53,393 nt of DNA from a virus (taxonomy: Duplodnaviria; Caudoviricetes): the IMG/VR virus record IMGVR_UViG_3300042939_000264, positions 1-53,393 of that record; one strand, given 5' to 3'. Numbering within the stretch: the stretch's first letter is position 1; each line of letters starts with the position of its first letter. Positions 18,576 through 28,576 of the stretch are shown piece after piece. The position numbers were made by a program, and so were the translations under genes. The notes below the pieces were generated by a model. The model did no database searches, was not told the origin of the DNA, and was given only the letters and a program-made list of their open reading frames with translations.

Positions 18576-21055
18576 TCAGTTGGTTGTGTTGTGTTCTGCA
18601 TTCCCGCTCGGGTATTTTCTGGCATTTCGCCTTCTGTGGCGACTTGCGCTTCCCGCTCGGGAAGTTCTTCTTCCTCGATTTCCATCTCTTCTTCTTCCAT
18701 GCCACGGGCTTCCGCCATCTTCTTCTGGATTTCGGCGCGGGCTTTGGCTTTCTGCAAGGCGAGTTGTGTGATGCCTTGGCGTTCGCGTTGCTCGGTGCGC
18801 TGGGCGTGGCTGATGGAGGCTTTTCCGATGGAGATGTCTGCCAGCTTCTGCTTGGTGTCGATCTCGATGCCGGACTTGGCGGCGAGGTATTGGAGCTTGA
18901 TGTCCTCTTCGCTCATACCTTGGCCCTGCTGTCCCTGCTTTGCTTGAGCCATGTCTTGGTAAACTTGGACGATTTGATCGCCGAGCTTGCCCGCCTCGCC
19001 CATGCCTTGCATGAACTGCTTGAGGAAATCTTTCTTGCCTTGATCTTTTGCAATGAATTCGACATGCGCCATGATGTGACCACCCTTGAACTGGATGGAG
19101 CGGACGGCCTTTGCAAGCTCGTTGATATCTGGCTGGCCAGCTTGAATCGCCTGCATGTTGGTCTGAATCTGCAACATGAGGTCGTTGAAGTGACCAGTCG
19201 CGTGTTCGATGTGCGGATCGGTGGGCAGCACAGGGAAGTTCTGCGGGTTGACGAACACATCGGTCATGCCTGCGTTCTCGAATCCAATGATGCGATCCGT
19301 ATCGTCAATCTTCGCTACCTTGGTGTTGCGATACCGCTCCACGTTGTCCCTGCCTGCTAGCGCGGCGATGGCGTCTTTGACCGCATTCTCTTGCCCTTCG
19401 TTCGCGGGAGTAATGCTCGTAAGGTTGACCAGCCTCTCCGCAGTAATGAGCTTGAAGCTCGGGCTTCCCGCCCCGTTGATGAGGTTGCTTCGGACGCTGG
19501 TGATGTTCTTAAAGGAAGCAGCCTCCTTCGGCGTTCCAAGCTCCTCAAGAATCTCGTAGAATCGTTTGACATACTGATACCCGTCGTCGTTGCGGGTGGA
19601 AGAAACAAAGCGTCGGTAGAGTTCGCGGAAGTATAGCGTTTCGCACTCGTTGAACCGTCTAATTTGTGTGCCAGACAGCTTGGCGGATTCGGCGGCATCT
19701 AACTCTGCTTCGCCTTTTGTGCGCTGTTTTCCTCCTTTGGTTGGAGCGTTGATGCGATACTGCCCCATCCCGCGATAGAGATCGCCCATGTAGAACTGCA
19801 TGAACTGCATAGACTCAGCAACCGGAAGCTGGATTCTGTTTTGTGCAAACTTTGCTCCGTCCGGCATGATGCTCATGGGGAGCCATTCCATTTGCTTTAG
19901 CGTTTTGGTTGAGTCTGGTGATTGGCCTTCCAAAAGAAGCATAGAGTTGAGCCGCACCGCATCCACAAGGCTGTTCATCGTGAAGTCATACTGGCGACAC
20001 GCAACGAAACACGCCTCCGCTTGGCTCTTGATGTCGTGGAAGAGTCCCGACCCAACTGAGTCTGTAACCATGTAAAGAATCTGATCCCAGCTATCGAACA
20101 ACCCGATGTTGAGTTGCATGAACCCATGCTGGTCGCGGACTTCGGCATCGGTGATTTTCTCCGCTCCGCGCAACTTGCTTTTGATATTGCTGACAATCGG
20201 GGTATAGTCTTGCAACACGACTGCCTTGCTGATACTGCCGTCAAACTCCTGCCAGTAAATCTCGTAGAGGTCAATGGTCTGGTTAACCGACAAGTTCCAA
20301 TTGAAGCTACCTTCGCTGATCGTGCGGTAGAACTCTTCGCGTGTGCGGTTGGATTCTTGGAAGCTCCTTTGGAAACGGATCGCGTCTATGACTGCATCAA
20401 CATTCCACCCAAGCGTCTCGGCGGCTTCCCTATTCTTGATGACCTTGTAGAGTTGGTAGGGGGTGAGTCGAACTCGCCGCACAAACTCTTCCAGATTAGA
20501 GAAATCCACTTTCGTATTGTCTGGGAAAAGCAGGTCGGAAAGCGGCACGGCTTCTGGCATCCACCCAAGCGGGCTTGTCCACATGCCGATTCCTTTTCCA
20601 TACAACAGCATGGAAGTGATGTCTTGTTCTTTGTTGTAAAGGTAACCGGGCCATTCGCGGATCGCGTGGTCGAACGCTTTCGTGATGTTCTCTGAGTGGA
20701 CGAGCCTTTCCCTTTCGTTCCCGTATTTTGTTTTGATTTCCGCACACGCTTGGCGTTCTGTGATAACATCATAGTAGCTTGATTTTTGATTGTTTACGAT
20801 GAATTCCATCTGGCCCCAGTTCGTATTGGATTGCCAAGGAAGCGACTTCTGCGCCATCTTACTATACTCTGTCGGGGCAAATCTTGAGTAGGCTTTAAAA
20901 ATACGAATCCTTTTCTGTTCCCTTCCGACATTATCTCGCGCAAGCTGATCAGCTATGTTCCAAGCCATGTTTGCCGAGGTTATCCTAGTTGCTGGCACTT
21001 CCCCATCGGGACCAAGAGTTGCGAGCGTAAAATTGTCAGAGCCAGCGTCGATCAT
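18572..21055 (-). CDS. Portal protein (putative)
   Basis: 827 aa, first large gene of the head operon; helical, with a Q/E-rich barrel-like C-terminus as in P22-type portals. Confidence 0.7.
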   Translation of the reverse strand: MIDAGSDNFTLATLGPDGEVPATRITSANMAWNIADQLARDNVGREQKRIRIFKAYSRFAPTEYSKMAQKSLPWQSNTNWGQMEFIVNNQKSSYYDVITERQACAEIKTKYGNERERLVHSENITKAFDHAIREWPGYLYNKEQDITSMLLYGKGIGMWTSPLGWMPEAVPLSDLLFPDNTKVDFSNLEEFVRRVRLTPYQLYKVIKNREAAETLGWNVDAVIDAIRFQRSFQESNRTREEFYRTISEGSFNWNLSVNQTIDLYEIYWQEFDGSISKAVVLQDYTPIVSNIKSKLRGAEKITDAEVRDQHGFMQLNIGLFDSWDQILYMVTDSVGSGLFHDIKSQAEACFVACRQYDFTMNSLVDAVRLNSMLLLEGQSPDSTKTLKQMEWLPMSIMPDGAKFAQNRIQLPVAESMQFMQFYMGDLYRGMGQYRINAPTKGGKQRTKGEAELDAAESAKLSGTQIRRFNECETLYFRELYRRFVSSTRNDDGYQYVKRFYEILEELGTPKEAASFKNITSVRSNLINGAGSPSFKLITAERLVNLTSITPANEGQENAVKDAIAALAGRDNVERYRNTKVAKIDDTDRIIGFENAGMTDVFVNPQNFPVLPTDPHIEHATGHFNDLMLQIQTNMQAIQAGQPDINELAKAVRSIQFKGGHIMAHVEFIAKDQGKKDFLKQFMQGMGEAGKLGDQIVQVYQDMAQAKQGQQGQGMSEEDIKLQYLAAKSGIEIDTKQKLADISIGKASISHAQRTEQRERQGITQLALQKAKARAEIQKKMAEARGMEEEEMEIEEEELPEREAQVATEGEMPENTRAGMQNTTQPTE

Positions 21056-21087
21056 AGTTGAGTATTATCGTTAACGATAATCATAAG

Positions 21088-21459
21088 TCAAAGTATCTTG
21101 TTGAGTTTTTCTCGGCGCTTCCCGCAAGATAAACATCCCTTCGCCTTCTTCTCCAGCTTTGTCCCTGCGATACTGTCGATGAGTCTAGCTGCCCCGTGGA
21201 TAAGATTTGCGGTAACATCACCGCTTTGCTGCCAGCATCGGTCTGCTGGTTGGCTCGCACAGATTTGCTGTTCCACTTGATACTCAAGATCATTGGGAAC
21301 AGGGTGCGCGTTGCTAACCATGTCCTTCTTGATATTCGCTATGAGACGGGTCCACGAATCCCCGTAGACTGTGGCGGGGAAGTCTAGATTGAAGCGATGT
21401 ATCGTATAACGATACTTCCAGCCACCTACAGGGGCGCGATTGCGATCTTTAAGTTTCAT
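21088..21459 (-). CDS. Hypothetical Cys-containing protein
   Basis: MKLKDRNRAPVGGWKY...C..C..GCLSCGKRR; divergent from terL. Confidence 0.6.
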   Translation of the reverse strand: MKLKDRNRAPVGGWKYRYTIHRFNLDFPATVYGDSWTRLIANIKKDMVSNAHPVPNDLEYQVEQQICASQPADRCWQQSGDVTANLIHGAARLIDSIAGTKLEKKAKGCLSCGKRREKLNKIL

Positions 21460-21497
21460 GCTTGATCTGGGCAAGAAGATGTGGTCTTCTATATCGG

Positions 21498-23339
21498 ATG
21501 TCAAGCAAAAAAGGTATACAACGCTACGGCATGTTATTCCCCGATAACATGGATGATCTTCAGATTGAGCTATACTGCTACGCCCTCACTCGCGGGCAGT
21601 ATGGCAAGACGCTCTGCATCGAGAAGAATGTCGATCTCTCGCAGTTCAAGCTCATGTCCCCCTTTGAGCATTTTATCAAGGCGGTCCAACTCCAATGGCC
21701 GACCGATGTGATTATCAAGAATCGCGGGTATACCAACCACTCAATGCTCCGCACCTTTGAGGCTCTCTGCAACGAAGACGATGTGGTTCTCGCTGGCGCG
21801 GCGTCTGCTGGCAAGTCGTTCCCTGTCTCTGTCTGGATTTACCTTGATTGGTGCGCGGCCCCACATTGCACATCCTCATGGGTGGCGACTACCACACTCG
21901 GCGCTTCGGAGGATCGTATCTGGGGTATCATCTCGAAACTCTACAAGTGTGCCAGACATCGCATTGGAAACCTAATCGACTACCGCCACATGATCGTGTG
22001 GGGTGGAGCAAGTGGACAAGATGAAAAAGAATACCAAAATGCTATCAAGGCCTTGGCCTTTCCTCAAGGTAATGAGGGGCAAAAAGCCATCGACACTACG
22101 CGTGGTCGTAAGAATAAGCGCATCCGTCTTGCTATGGATGAGTTGCCGGAAATGGAGATGGGGGCGCTAAGTGCCAGACAGAACCTTTCTTCCAACAACG
22201 ATAAAGTGTTCATCGGTATCGGCAACCCTTCTACGGGCGACAATCCCCATACCCGCTGGTGTATGCCCAAAGGTGCCTCGACCTTTGATAGTGTGAATGC
22301 CGATATGCTGCAATGGGAGACAGAGACGGGGATATGCCTCTTCTACAATGGTAATAAGTCTCCGAACTTCGACGCTCCTCCCAGCGAGCCGCCGCCCTTC
22401 CCGTTCCTCATGGATCGCCAGAAGCAGGCCGACATGCTCAAGATGTCCTACGGCGACGAGAATGCCGTGGACTATGTGCGTAATGCTATCGGTTGGTGGC
22501 CGAAGTCTGGCTTCAATCAGACGATTCTCACCGCAGATGTGATCAGAAATGCCGATACTCTTGAGGAGCCGATCTGGTCAGCCGATGGGTTCGTGAAGGT
22601 GGCTGGGTTCGATACGGCCTTTACCGTTGGAGGGGATCGCTGTGTTCTCTCTATCGGTAAGCTCGGTAATGTTCGTGGCACCAGCGCGAAGGTTCTCTAC
22701 CTCCAGCATCAAGAGGTGATCCAGCTCTCTGCCAACGCGGCCCAAGAATTCGATGTCCAGCTTGCGGAGAAAGTGGTCGATATTTGCCGCAGGTATGGGG
22801 TGGAACCGAAACGCTTCGGTATGGATGTGAGCGGCGATGGCGGGCGAGTAGGCCAAGCGATCATCCGCGAGTGGCTGCGCTTTGACACCAATGGGCACTC
22901 TATCGCTCTTATCTCTTCCATGGGCAAACCTACCGACCGGATCGCGGCGGATGTGGATAAGCGGCCATGTAATGAGGTCTATGATCGCCTTGTCTCGGAA
23001 TTTTGGTTTAGCATCTACCACGGGTTGAAGGCCAAGGTGATCTATGGGCTGGACCCGGCTAGCGATCTCGGGCGCGAGCTATGCCTGCGTAGGTGGCGCA
23101 CCAAGAATAAGAAGATGTCCATCGAAACGAAAGATGACCTTAAGGGCAGAACTGGTTACTCACCAGACCTTTCCGACAGCTTCATCTATATGGTCGAGAT
23201 GGCTCGCCGCTACGGACTTGCTTTTATCGGAACCGATAAAGTTGTGCCCACCGACCGCTTCTGGGCTAGACCAGAGAATAAGCTCCAGCCCGATACCGAA
23301 GAGGATGCCTACTCTTCAGATGATTGGGGCGAGGATTAG
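21498..23339 (+). CDS. terL: Terminase large subunit
   Basis: Walker A GAASAGKS, Walker B LAMDE, GNP coupling motif, RNase H-like AGFDTAFTVGGD and C-terminal SPDLSDS. Confidence 0.85.
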   Translation: MSSKKGIQRYGMLFPDNMDDLQIELYCYALTRGQYGKTLCIEKNVDLSQFKLMSPFEHFIKAVQLQWPTDVIIKNRGYTNHSMLRTFEALCNEDDVVLAGAASAGKSFPVSVWIYLDWCAAPHCTSSWVATTTLGASEDRIWGIISKLYKCARHRIGNLIDYRHMIVWGGASGQDEKEYQNAIKALAFPQGNEGQKAIDTTRGRKNKRIRLAMDELPEMEMGALSARQNLSSNNDKVFIGIGNPSTGDNPHTRWCMPKGASTFDSVNADMLQWETETGICLFYNGNKSPNFDAPPSEPPPFPFLMDRQKQADMLKMSYGDENAVDYVRNAIGWWPKSGFNQTILTADVIRNADTLEEPIWSADGFVKVAGFDTAFTVGGDRCVLSIGKLGNVRGTSAKVLYLQHQEVIQLSANAAQEFDVQLAEKVVDICRRYGVEPKRFGMDVSGDGGRVGQAIIREWLRFDTNGHSIALISSMGKPTDRIAADVDKRPCNEVYDRLVSEFWFSIYHGLKAKVIYGLDPASDLGRELCLRRWRTKNKKMSIETKDDLKGRTGYSPDLSDSFIYMVEMARRYGLAFIGTDKVVPTDRFWARPENKLQPDTEEDAYSSDDWGED

Positions 23340-23755
23340 GCGAGCAACCCGTAGGCTTCGATCACCGTCTCATTGAAGCTGAATGGCGCAGCACCCCAGT
23401 CCTCTTTGGGCTGGCTGTTCTGCACATACTCTGCAAGGATGGCGTTCGTCCATGCCTTCACCGCATCGAGCTTGGGCGATACCTTGGCGGCAGCGGTAAG
23501 CTCGGCGTAGAGGTCGAGGAGCGTGACAAGCTGGGTAGCTCCGTAGCCTTCTTTGGCGAGCCATTGCTCTGCGGTGTAGAGTGTCGGAGGAATCGGAGTG
23601 ACTACCCACGCGCCATCGACCCACTCGCATTGCTGGGTGGCGGGATCGTGGGCGGGTTGCGGTGCAGGAACCCAGCCTTTGCGCTCAAGGTTGGCGATGA
23701 TCGCGGGGTCGATTTCAGAACGGAGTTGTTTGTCGAGAGTGAGATATGTTTTCAT
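23336..23755 (-). CDS. Putative tail fibre chaperone/accessory protein
   Basis: 139 aa; P.HDPATQ..EWVDGAWVV motif; follows a lectin-like gene. Confidence 0.5.
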   Translation of the reverse strand: MKTYLTLDKQLRSEIDPAIIANLERKGWVPAPQPAHDPATQQCEWVDGAWVVTPIPPTLYTAEQWLAKEGYGATQLVTLLDLYAELTAAAKVSPKLDAVKAWTNAILAEYVQNSQPKEDWGAAPFSFNETVIEAYGLLA

Positions 23756-23760
23756 GTTGT

Positions 23761-24486
23761 TTATGAGCAGGCGATTTTGAAGGAAAAGGCGGATGCGTGT
23801 TCGCAGCGTTTGCGGAGAGATGCGGCGATTTGTTCATTCTGCCAAGAATGCACACTAAAAATTAAACCGTTCCATTGTTGAATTGAACTTGCTGCAGTAT
23901 AGCCAATTTCTCCTAACCGATAACCATTAGTTGTTGGAGTGCTTGTCGCTACAGGAGGATTATCAAGAACTGTTTGCGTTGCTCCATCAACCTCCATTGA
24001 AACATTTCTGCTTGAATCTGAACTCCATGAACCTATTTTTGCGGATGTTGCTCCAGAAGGTGTAACTGAAAGGCGCTGGTTTGTTGTCGTTCCGTCACCG
24101 CTAATGAAAAAATTTCCAGAGGATAAACCCCACCGCGCATTCCATGAGCTTTGATTTGGGGTTTGGGGAACTTGAAAAATATTTCTTACATCCGTCACAT
24201 CCGATTTAAAGACAGAATGAACCGTGCGTGGCACAGCGGTTGGATTATAGGTTCCAATCATAAAATCATTAGTCCCGTCAAAATCCACACCACCGTTGCC
24301 GCCTTGCTCCCCTGCTTGAAAAGTCGGCTGGTTGGTTGCATTCGCTTGCGTAGCATCGAAGCCATTACCGCTGCGATCCGACCAAGTGCTGACCGCCGTG
24401 TTGTCACTTTGGTTTATGTAGCGGGAATCAAGCACAAGGTCTGCCCCTGCGAAGCGTGGATTAAAATGCCTGTGCCGCGCTCTCAT
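23761..24486 (-). CDS. LamG/concanavalin-like lectin domain protein (receptor binding)
   Basis: W.DRSGNG.DATQ....QPT...FDGTND pattern. Confidence 0.7.
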   Translation of the reverse strand: MRARHRHFNPRFAGADLVLDSRYINQSDNTAVSTWSDRSGNGFDATQANATNQPTFQAGEQGGNGGVDFDGTNDFMIGTYNPTAVPRTVHSVFKSDVTDVRNIFQVPQTPNQSSWNARWGLSSGNFFISGDGTTTNQRLSVTPSGATSAKIGSWSSDSSRNVSMEVDGATQTVLDNPPVATSTPTTNGYRLGEIGYTAASSIQQWNGLIFSVHSWQNEQIAASLRKRCEHASAFSFKIACS

Positions 24487-25157
24487 TAGATTGCCGTGTA
24501 GCTTATTTCGACTCCGAGGAGCCTTGCATCATGCCCGTAGTTGTCGCCGACTGCGTCTGCATCGCGGTAGATTTGGAAGAGAATCGGGCGGTTGGCTGCG
24601 GGTGTTCCACCAATCGTGACCGCGCTGGTCGCTGCGCTAATCTGCATATCGTTGATCACGGCAAGCGTGTCGGTGACTGTCTGGGCAGTTCCGAAGGCGA
24701 TGTCCAAGTCATCGGCATCCGCGAAGGCGCGACCTTGGATTCCCCAAATGACATCATCGCTGCCATCCGTGGCTCCGCTTCCTGTCCAATAGAAGCGAGC
24801 CGTAATGGTTCCAAAATTGTAATTGGAAGGAAGCATGATAAATGCTTGAGCAAATTTATCTGTTCCTGCATCAAATAAAAGCTCATCCCAGTTCGTGCGG
24901 TTGGTGGCAAGCTCGCGGGAGTCTACGCCACAGCCATTTGTGGTTCGTGGAATCCAAAGAGATGCTGGAATCCATCCAGTCGTCCATGCACCTGTTGCTG
25001 TGGTTGGTCCTACCAAAGTTTCGGCTCCAGTAGAATCTTTGATGTAAGCCTTGTTATCACTCTTGATGTAGAGGGCTGCGTCACCGCTGTTCGGAGTGAG
25101 TCCCGTGCTGTGCGTGAAGATCGCTGCGTTTGCAAAATGTCTGTCTGGAGATGGCAT
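24486..25157 (-). CDS. Tail-associated protein
   Basis: 223 aa; LFDAGTD..AQ....LP..Y..GTITARFYW...FQIYRD jelly-roll-like pattern. Confidence 0.55.
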   Translation of the reverse strand: MPSPDRHFANAAIFTHSTGLTPNSGDAALYIKSDNKAYIKDSTGAETLVGPTTATGAWTTGWIPASLWIPRTTNGCGVDSRELATNRTNWDELLFDAGTDKFAQAFIMLPSNYNFGTITARFYWTGSGATDGSDDVIWGIQGRAFADADDLDIAFGTAQTVTDTLAVINDMQISAATSAVTIGGTPAANRPILFQIYRDADAVGDNYGHDARLLGVEISYTAI

Positions 25158-25220
25158 AGTTCTTTACACTATTCTCGCGGAAAATCTATTCTGCAAGCAC
25201 AATTTATCGGTAACGATAAT

Positions 25221-25451
25221 TTAAGCTAGTTCCCCGTCAAGCTCAAGCTCGTTCGCCACTTCTTCGCGGACTGTGAGGAAGGATAGCCAGTAGCCTTCGC
25301 TGGTCTTCTCCACTCGCTCGATGTTCGTAATATCTTTTCTTTTGATCCAGCAGTCGTTGTAGGTCTGCATGAAGCGAATCTTATATGGGTTCTCCGCGCA
25401 GATATACCCGCGCACTTTGACTAGGGACTCGAATGGTTGGTTGTAGCTCAT
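25221..25451 (-). CDS. Hypothetical protein
   Basis: 76 aa from ATG at 25451, overlapping the HNH stop codon. Confidence 0.55.
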   Translation of the reverse strand: MSYNQPFESLVKVRGYICAENPYKIRFMQTYNDCWIKRKDITNIERVEKTSEGYWLSFLTVREEVANELELDGELA

Positions 25452-25765
25452 GGTTTGTAATCGTATTGGATGTAGCCGCGCTCTCTGGCCCAAGCTACAT
25501 TATGGTGGACGCTATCGTGACACAAACGGCAAAGGGCCATGAATGTGTTCATGTTACAGAGATTCTTCCCCCGCCCGCATTTGTGGTGAAGGTCGTGTGC
25601 CACTTTCCCGCATATCTCGCAGTTAGGATGTTCAAACATATACATCTGCTTCGCGGCTCGGTAAATCTCGTTCACCTTCGCCCGACTCTTGCTTACCGCT
25701 CGTAGCCTTCCCCCTCGCTTCTTGAATCCGCTTTTTGCTCTGATTGGTGTTTTCCGTTTAAGCAT
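25448..25765 (-). CDS. HNH endonuclease
   Basis: CEICG..AHDLHH....N......LCRLCHDSVH; real start probably MLKRKTP at 25765. Confidence 0.8.
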   Translation of the reverse strand: MLKRKTPIRAKSGFKKRGGRLRAVSKSRAKVNEIYRAAKQMYMFEHPNCEICGKVAHDLHHKCGRGKNLCNMNTFMALCRLCHDSVHHNVAWARERGYIQYDYKP

Positions 25766-26007
25766 AGCTCCACGATTTTCTTGACCTGATCCAGCTTCAA
25801 GATAGATCGGCTGCTGGTCTCGATCTGGTTGATTAACGCTCCTGTTGTCCCCACCACGCTGCCCATCTCCCTCACGGTCATGCCAAGATTTTTTCTCGCC
25901 AACTTCAACTCTTTGCCGAATACGGACCTCCCGGCCTGCCGCAACATCCGACTTCTCTCGTAGGCTTCCATGCAGGCCTCGTAGGCTCCTAGTAGTGGGT
26001 GATCCAT
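25693..26007 (-). CDS. XRE-family HTH transcriptional regulator
   Basis: LKLARKNLGMTVREMGSVVGTTGALINQIET. Confidence 0.75.
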   Translation of the reverse strand: MDHPLLGAYEACMEAYERSRMLRQAGRSVFGKELKLARKNLGMTVREMGSVVGTTGALINQIETSSRSILKLDQVKKIVELCLNGKHQSEQKADSRSEGEGYER

Positions 26008-26015
26008 CGCGGGGG

Positions 26016-26043
26016 AGTATAGAAACTTTTATTGACAAGTCAA
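26016..26043 (-). promoter_or_regulatory. Promoter for the XRE gene (nearly leaderless)
   Basis: TTGACT-N16-TATACT, 8 nt before the ATG at 26007. Confidence 0.55.
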
Positions 26044-26069
26044 GCGCAGATTCGTTATCGTTACCGATA

Positions 26070-26465
26070 ATGAATGACGAAGAAGTAGGCCGATTTATCG
26101 CGACCGCCGCGCAGACGAGCATCATCATATCCAACCTCGCCTTCTCCAAGCTACTCGGTGAGGGCATCGTCATGGACTACAACATCCCGGCTCAAGTGGA
26201 CAAAGAGATCGTCCTCGCCTGCCGCCCGTCCGGCCACGCCCTCCTCGCCACTTTCCTTGGAGAAGCTCAAAAGGTCTACATGCTGGAGGTCTACATCAAC
26301 GATGAGGCGAGCAACTACGAGCGCAAACTCTCTGTGCTGGAACTAGAGAACAAGGAGGATGCCGAAGCTTTCTGGGTAGAAATGATGGACGAGATTGATG
26401 ACTGGGCGCAGGGGAAAGTAGAAAAGATTGTGATCGGCGAGAAAGATATATCAGACTTGTCCTAA
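26070..26465 (+). CDS. Hypothetical acidic protein
   Basis: MNDEEVGRF...; ATG immediately follows a TATCG-N4-CGATA site. Confidence 0.6.
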   Translation: MNDEEVGRFIATAAQTSIIISNLAFSKLLGEGIVMDYNIPAQVDKEIVLACRPSGHALLATFLGEAQKVYMLEVYINDEASNYERKLSVLELENKEDAEAFWVEMMDEIDDWAQGKVEKIVIGEKDISDLS

Positions 26466-26645
26466 CCAAGATATCCATCGCTCATATTCTTGATCGGCTA
26501 TTTCTTTTGCATCCACATTATATTTTACAACCTCGCCGTCTTCTGATTTTTCTTGTTGCTTTTCAATTGTAATAATACGAACTGAAGTTCCGTTTGTGAA
26601 TTCGTATTCGGCGATGTCGTTAGTTTCTTTGATTAAATTTATCAT
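26451..26645 (-). CDS. Small protein downstream of the tailspike
   Basis: 64 aa; ATGA overlap with the tailspike stop. Confidence 0.5.
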   Translation of the reverse strand: MINLIKETNDIAEYEFTNGTSVRIITIEKQQEKSEDGEVVKYNVDAKEIADQEYERWISWLGQV

Positions 26646-28498
26646 GTTGCGTAGTATGGTATTTTTCTGCTTGTCCCGTTAATTGACACTACAAGAAATC
26701 CAACTGGATTTGCTGGCAATGTTTCAACCCCGGCGGTTGCGGTATTTGCAGTTGTTGCTGTGCTTAATGTAACATCCCCATCAACATGCAATTTACTTAA
26801 TGGCGATGTTGCTCCAACCCCGACATACCCAGATGTTCCGTCAATTGAGACTCTTTGCGTTGCACCGTCAGAAATTGAAAAATTGTCATTTGATCTTGAA
26901 ATTAATCCCCATGTTTTAGGGGTTCCATTTGTTAGAAGCAACGCACTGCTATTTACTCCGCTTTTTGCTCGGAGATCAAGAGATTGGGCTGCTCCAGAAA
27001 ATATATCTGCTTCGTTTGCGATAAGCCTTGAATCTACACTTATTAAAGTCCCGCCATTTGAATTAACAATATTCAAAAAGTTAATTCCACTTGTCCCGTC
27101 TTCTAGCACATCGCTGTTCGCAAAAGCATTTTCTGGATTTACTGTTCCTGTATAAGTAAATCTATTTGTATTTAATAGATAAATAGCTTCTTTTGCAGTA
27201 TTAGAAAAATTAAATCGAAGCGTTTGGCATCCGGTAAATGTGATCCTATTGCTGTTTCTTGCGCTTATTGCGTAATTATTGGATTTTATAATTATACAAT
27301 TAGAAAATATTAAGTCTTGTGCTTGTGATATATATATTAGTTCGTTGCCGCTATTCCCTGCCCAGCATCCAGTAAATTGCATTTGAGAAAGTTCAGATGC
27401 ATTTCCTTTCGCGATTTTCCAAGCGTATTGCGAGTTTGAGTCTGCCAAGCAATTGCTGAAGTGCAACCATTGGCACAATGTTGTTCCTGTTGGTGGTTCG
27501 CCAATATGGAATCCAATCGGGGTTGCGCCAGCCTCACATTCGGAAAACTTTGATCCTTGGCCATTGATAATTCTGAATCCGCAAGTTATGCAATTTTTTA
27601 CTGTAATGTTGAATGCTGTTATTGCATTATTTATATCAGTAAGAAGACTTGTTGGCCCCATGAAAACACCAATATCACAGCGATCAACGCCGCCTCCGTG
27701 CATGTCAACATTGCTAATTTGATATTGCCATGAATGATTAAGATTTAATCCATATTTGCAAGAAAAGATTAAAACATTGTCAATCAAACATCCATTCGTA
27801 AAAATTGTGTGAATTCCGTGAGCATTCGGATTTGTATTTCCTCCTCCGCGAATTGTCATATCGCGAACTTGTCCATCAATCCATGGCTCTGTTATGACAT
27901 TAAAACTTTTTATTACAGGGAAATCTCCTGTTGCAAAAATTTCCGTTGATTGCACTCCAGAGCCTATGAAATGAAGCCCATGCTTTCCGCTCATATCCAA
28001 TGAGGATGTAATTCTGTATCTTCCGGGTGGAAGGAAAACTAGTCCTCCATCAGTTACAAATGGCTGGTAAGGAATCCAAGAATCAATTGCGGCCTGCAAC
28101 GCGGCCGTATCATCGGCAATTCCATCACCCACCGCGCCGAAGTCCTTAACATTGTGTATGTCAGAGAAGCGAGTAACCAAATCTCTTGCGGTCGTGGTTC
28201 CGTTGGCGATGAAATCCGTAAACTCATTGAAGTCTGTGGTAGTCGCCCATGTTGTTCCATTCCACACGAACATCTGATTGCTAGTGCTGTTCCAGTATAA
28301 GGCTCCCTCAATGAACGAAGGAGCGGGCGGGAATGGTTGGGTTGGCGCGGAAGGAAACGAGCCTAGGTATCTAGCCTTGAAGTTAGCCAATGAAAGTGCC
28401 GCCGAATTCGCTGCGTTCTGTGCTTGGGCTGCACATTGGCAAGCCTTGTTTGTGGAGGAATTCGACCGCTCGTAGAATGAACCTTGGCAAAGCGACAT
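26642..28498 (-). CDS. Tailspike / depolymerase with pectate-lyase-like right-handed beta-helix
   Basis: NVKDFGAVGDGIADDTAALQAAID...VFLPPGRYRI motif, beta-helix repeats, C-terminal INGTSRKIPYY; AT-rich. Confidence 0.85.
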   Translation of the reverse strand: MSLCQGSFYERSNSSTNKACQCAAQAQNAANSAALSLANFKARYLGSFPSAPTQPFPPAPSFIEGALYWNSTSNQMFVWNGTTWATTTDFNEFTDFIANGTTTARDLVTRFSDIHNVKDFGAVGDGIADDTAALQAAIDSWIPYQPFVTDGGLVFLPPGRYRITSSLDMSGKHGLHFIGSGVQSTEIFATGDFPVIKSFNVITEPWIDGQVRDMTIRGGGNTNPNAHGIHTIFTNGCLIDNVLIFSCKYGLNLNHSWQYQISNVDMHGGGVDRCDIGVFMGPTSLLTDINNAITAFNITVKNCITCGFRIINGQGSKFSECEAGATPIGFHIGEPPTGTTLCQWLHFSNCLADSNSQYAWKIAKGNASELSQMQFTGCWAGNSGNELIYISQAQDLIFSNCIIIKSNNYAISARNSNRITFTGCQTLRFNFSNTAKEAIYLLNTNRFTYTGTVNPENAFANSDVLEDGTSGINFLNIVNSNGGTLISVDSRLIANEADIFSGAAQSLDLRAKSGVNSSALLLTNGTPKTWGLISRSNDNFSISDGATQRVSIDGTSGYVGVGATSPLSKLHVDGDVTLSTATTANTATAGVETLPANPVGFLVVSINGTSRKIPYYAT

Positions 28499-28548
28499 AT
28501 TATCGTTGACGATAAACTATACCCCAGCCTTTGCAAATAAAAAAAGTA

Positions 28549-28576
28549 TTGACACCCTCCAGCAGTAGGGTAGTCT
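28549..28576 (+). promoter_or_regulatory. Promoter of the replication operon
   Basis: AAAAAAAGTA-TTGACA-N16-TAGTCT; the same upstream string occurs at 47072-47086 on the minus strand. Confidence 0.6.

Noticed and set aside
21400-21414. TATCG-N5-CGATA variants (21400 and 52396)
   Set aside because: The 5-nt spacer breaks the consensus geometry, so they are excluded from the count; they may be degenerate sites or chance
25448-26465. Long ORF-track versions 25448-26173 and 25845-26465
   Set aside because: Their N-terminal extensions overlap the XRE gene and promoter region; real starts are more likely 25765 and 26070
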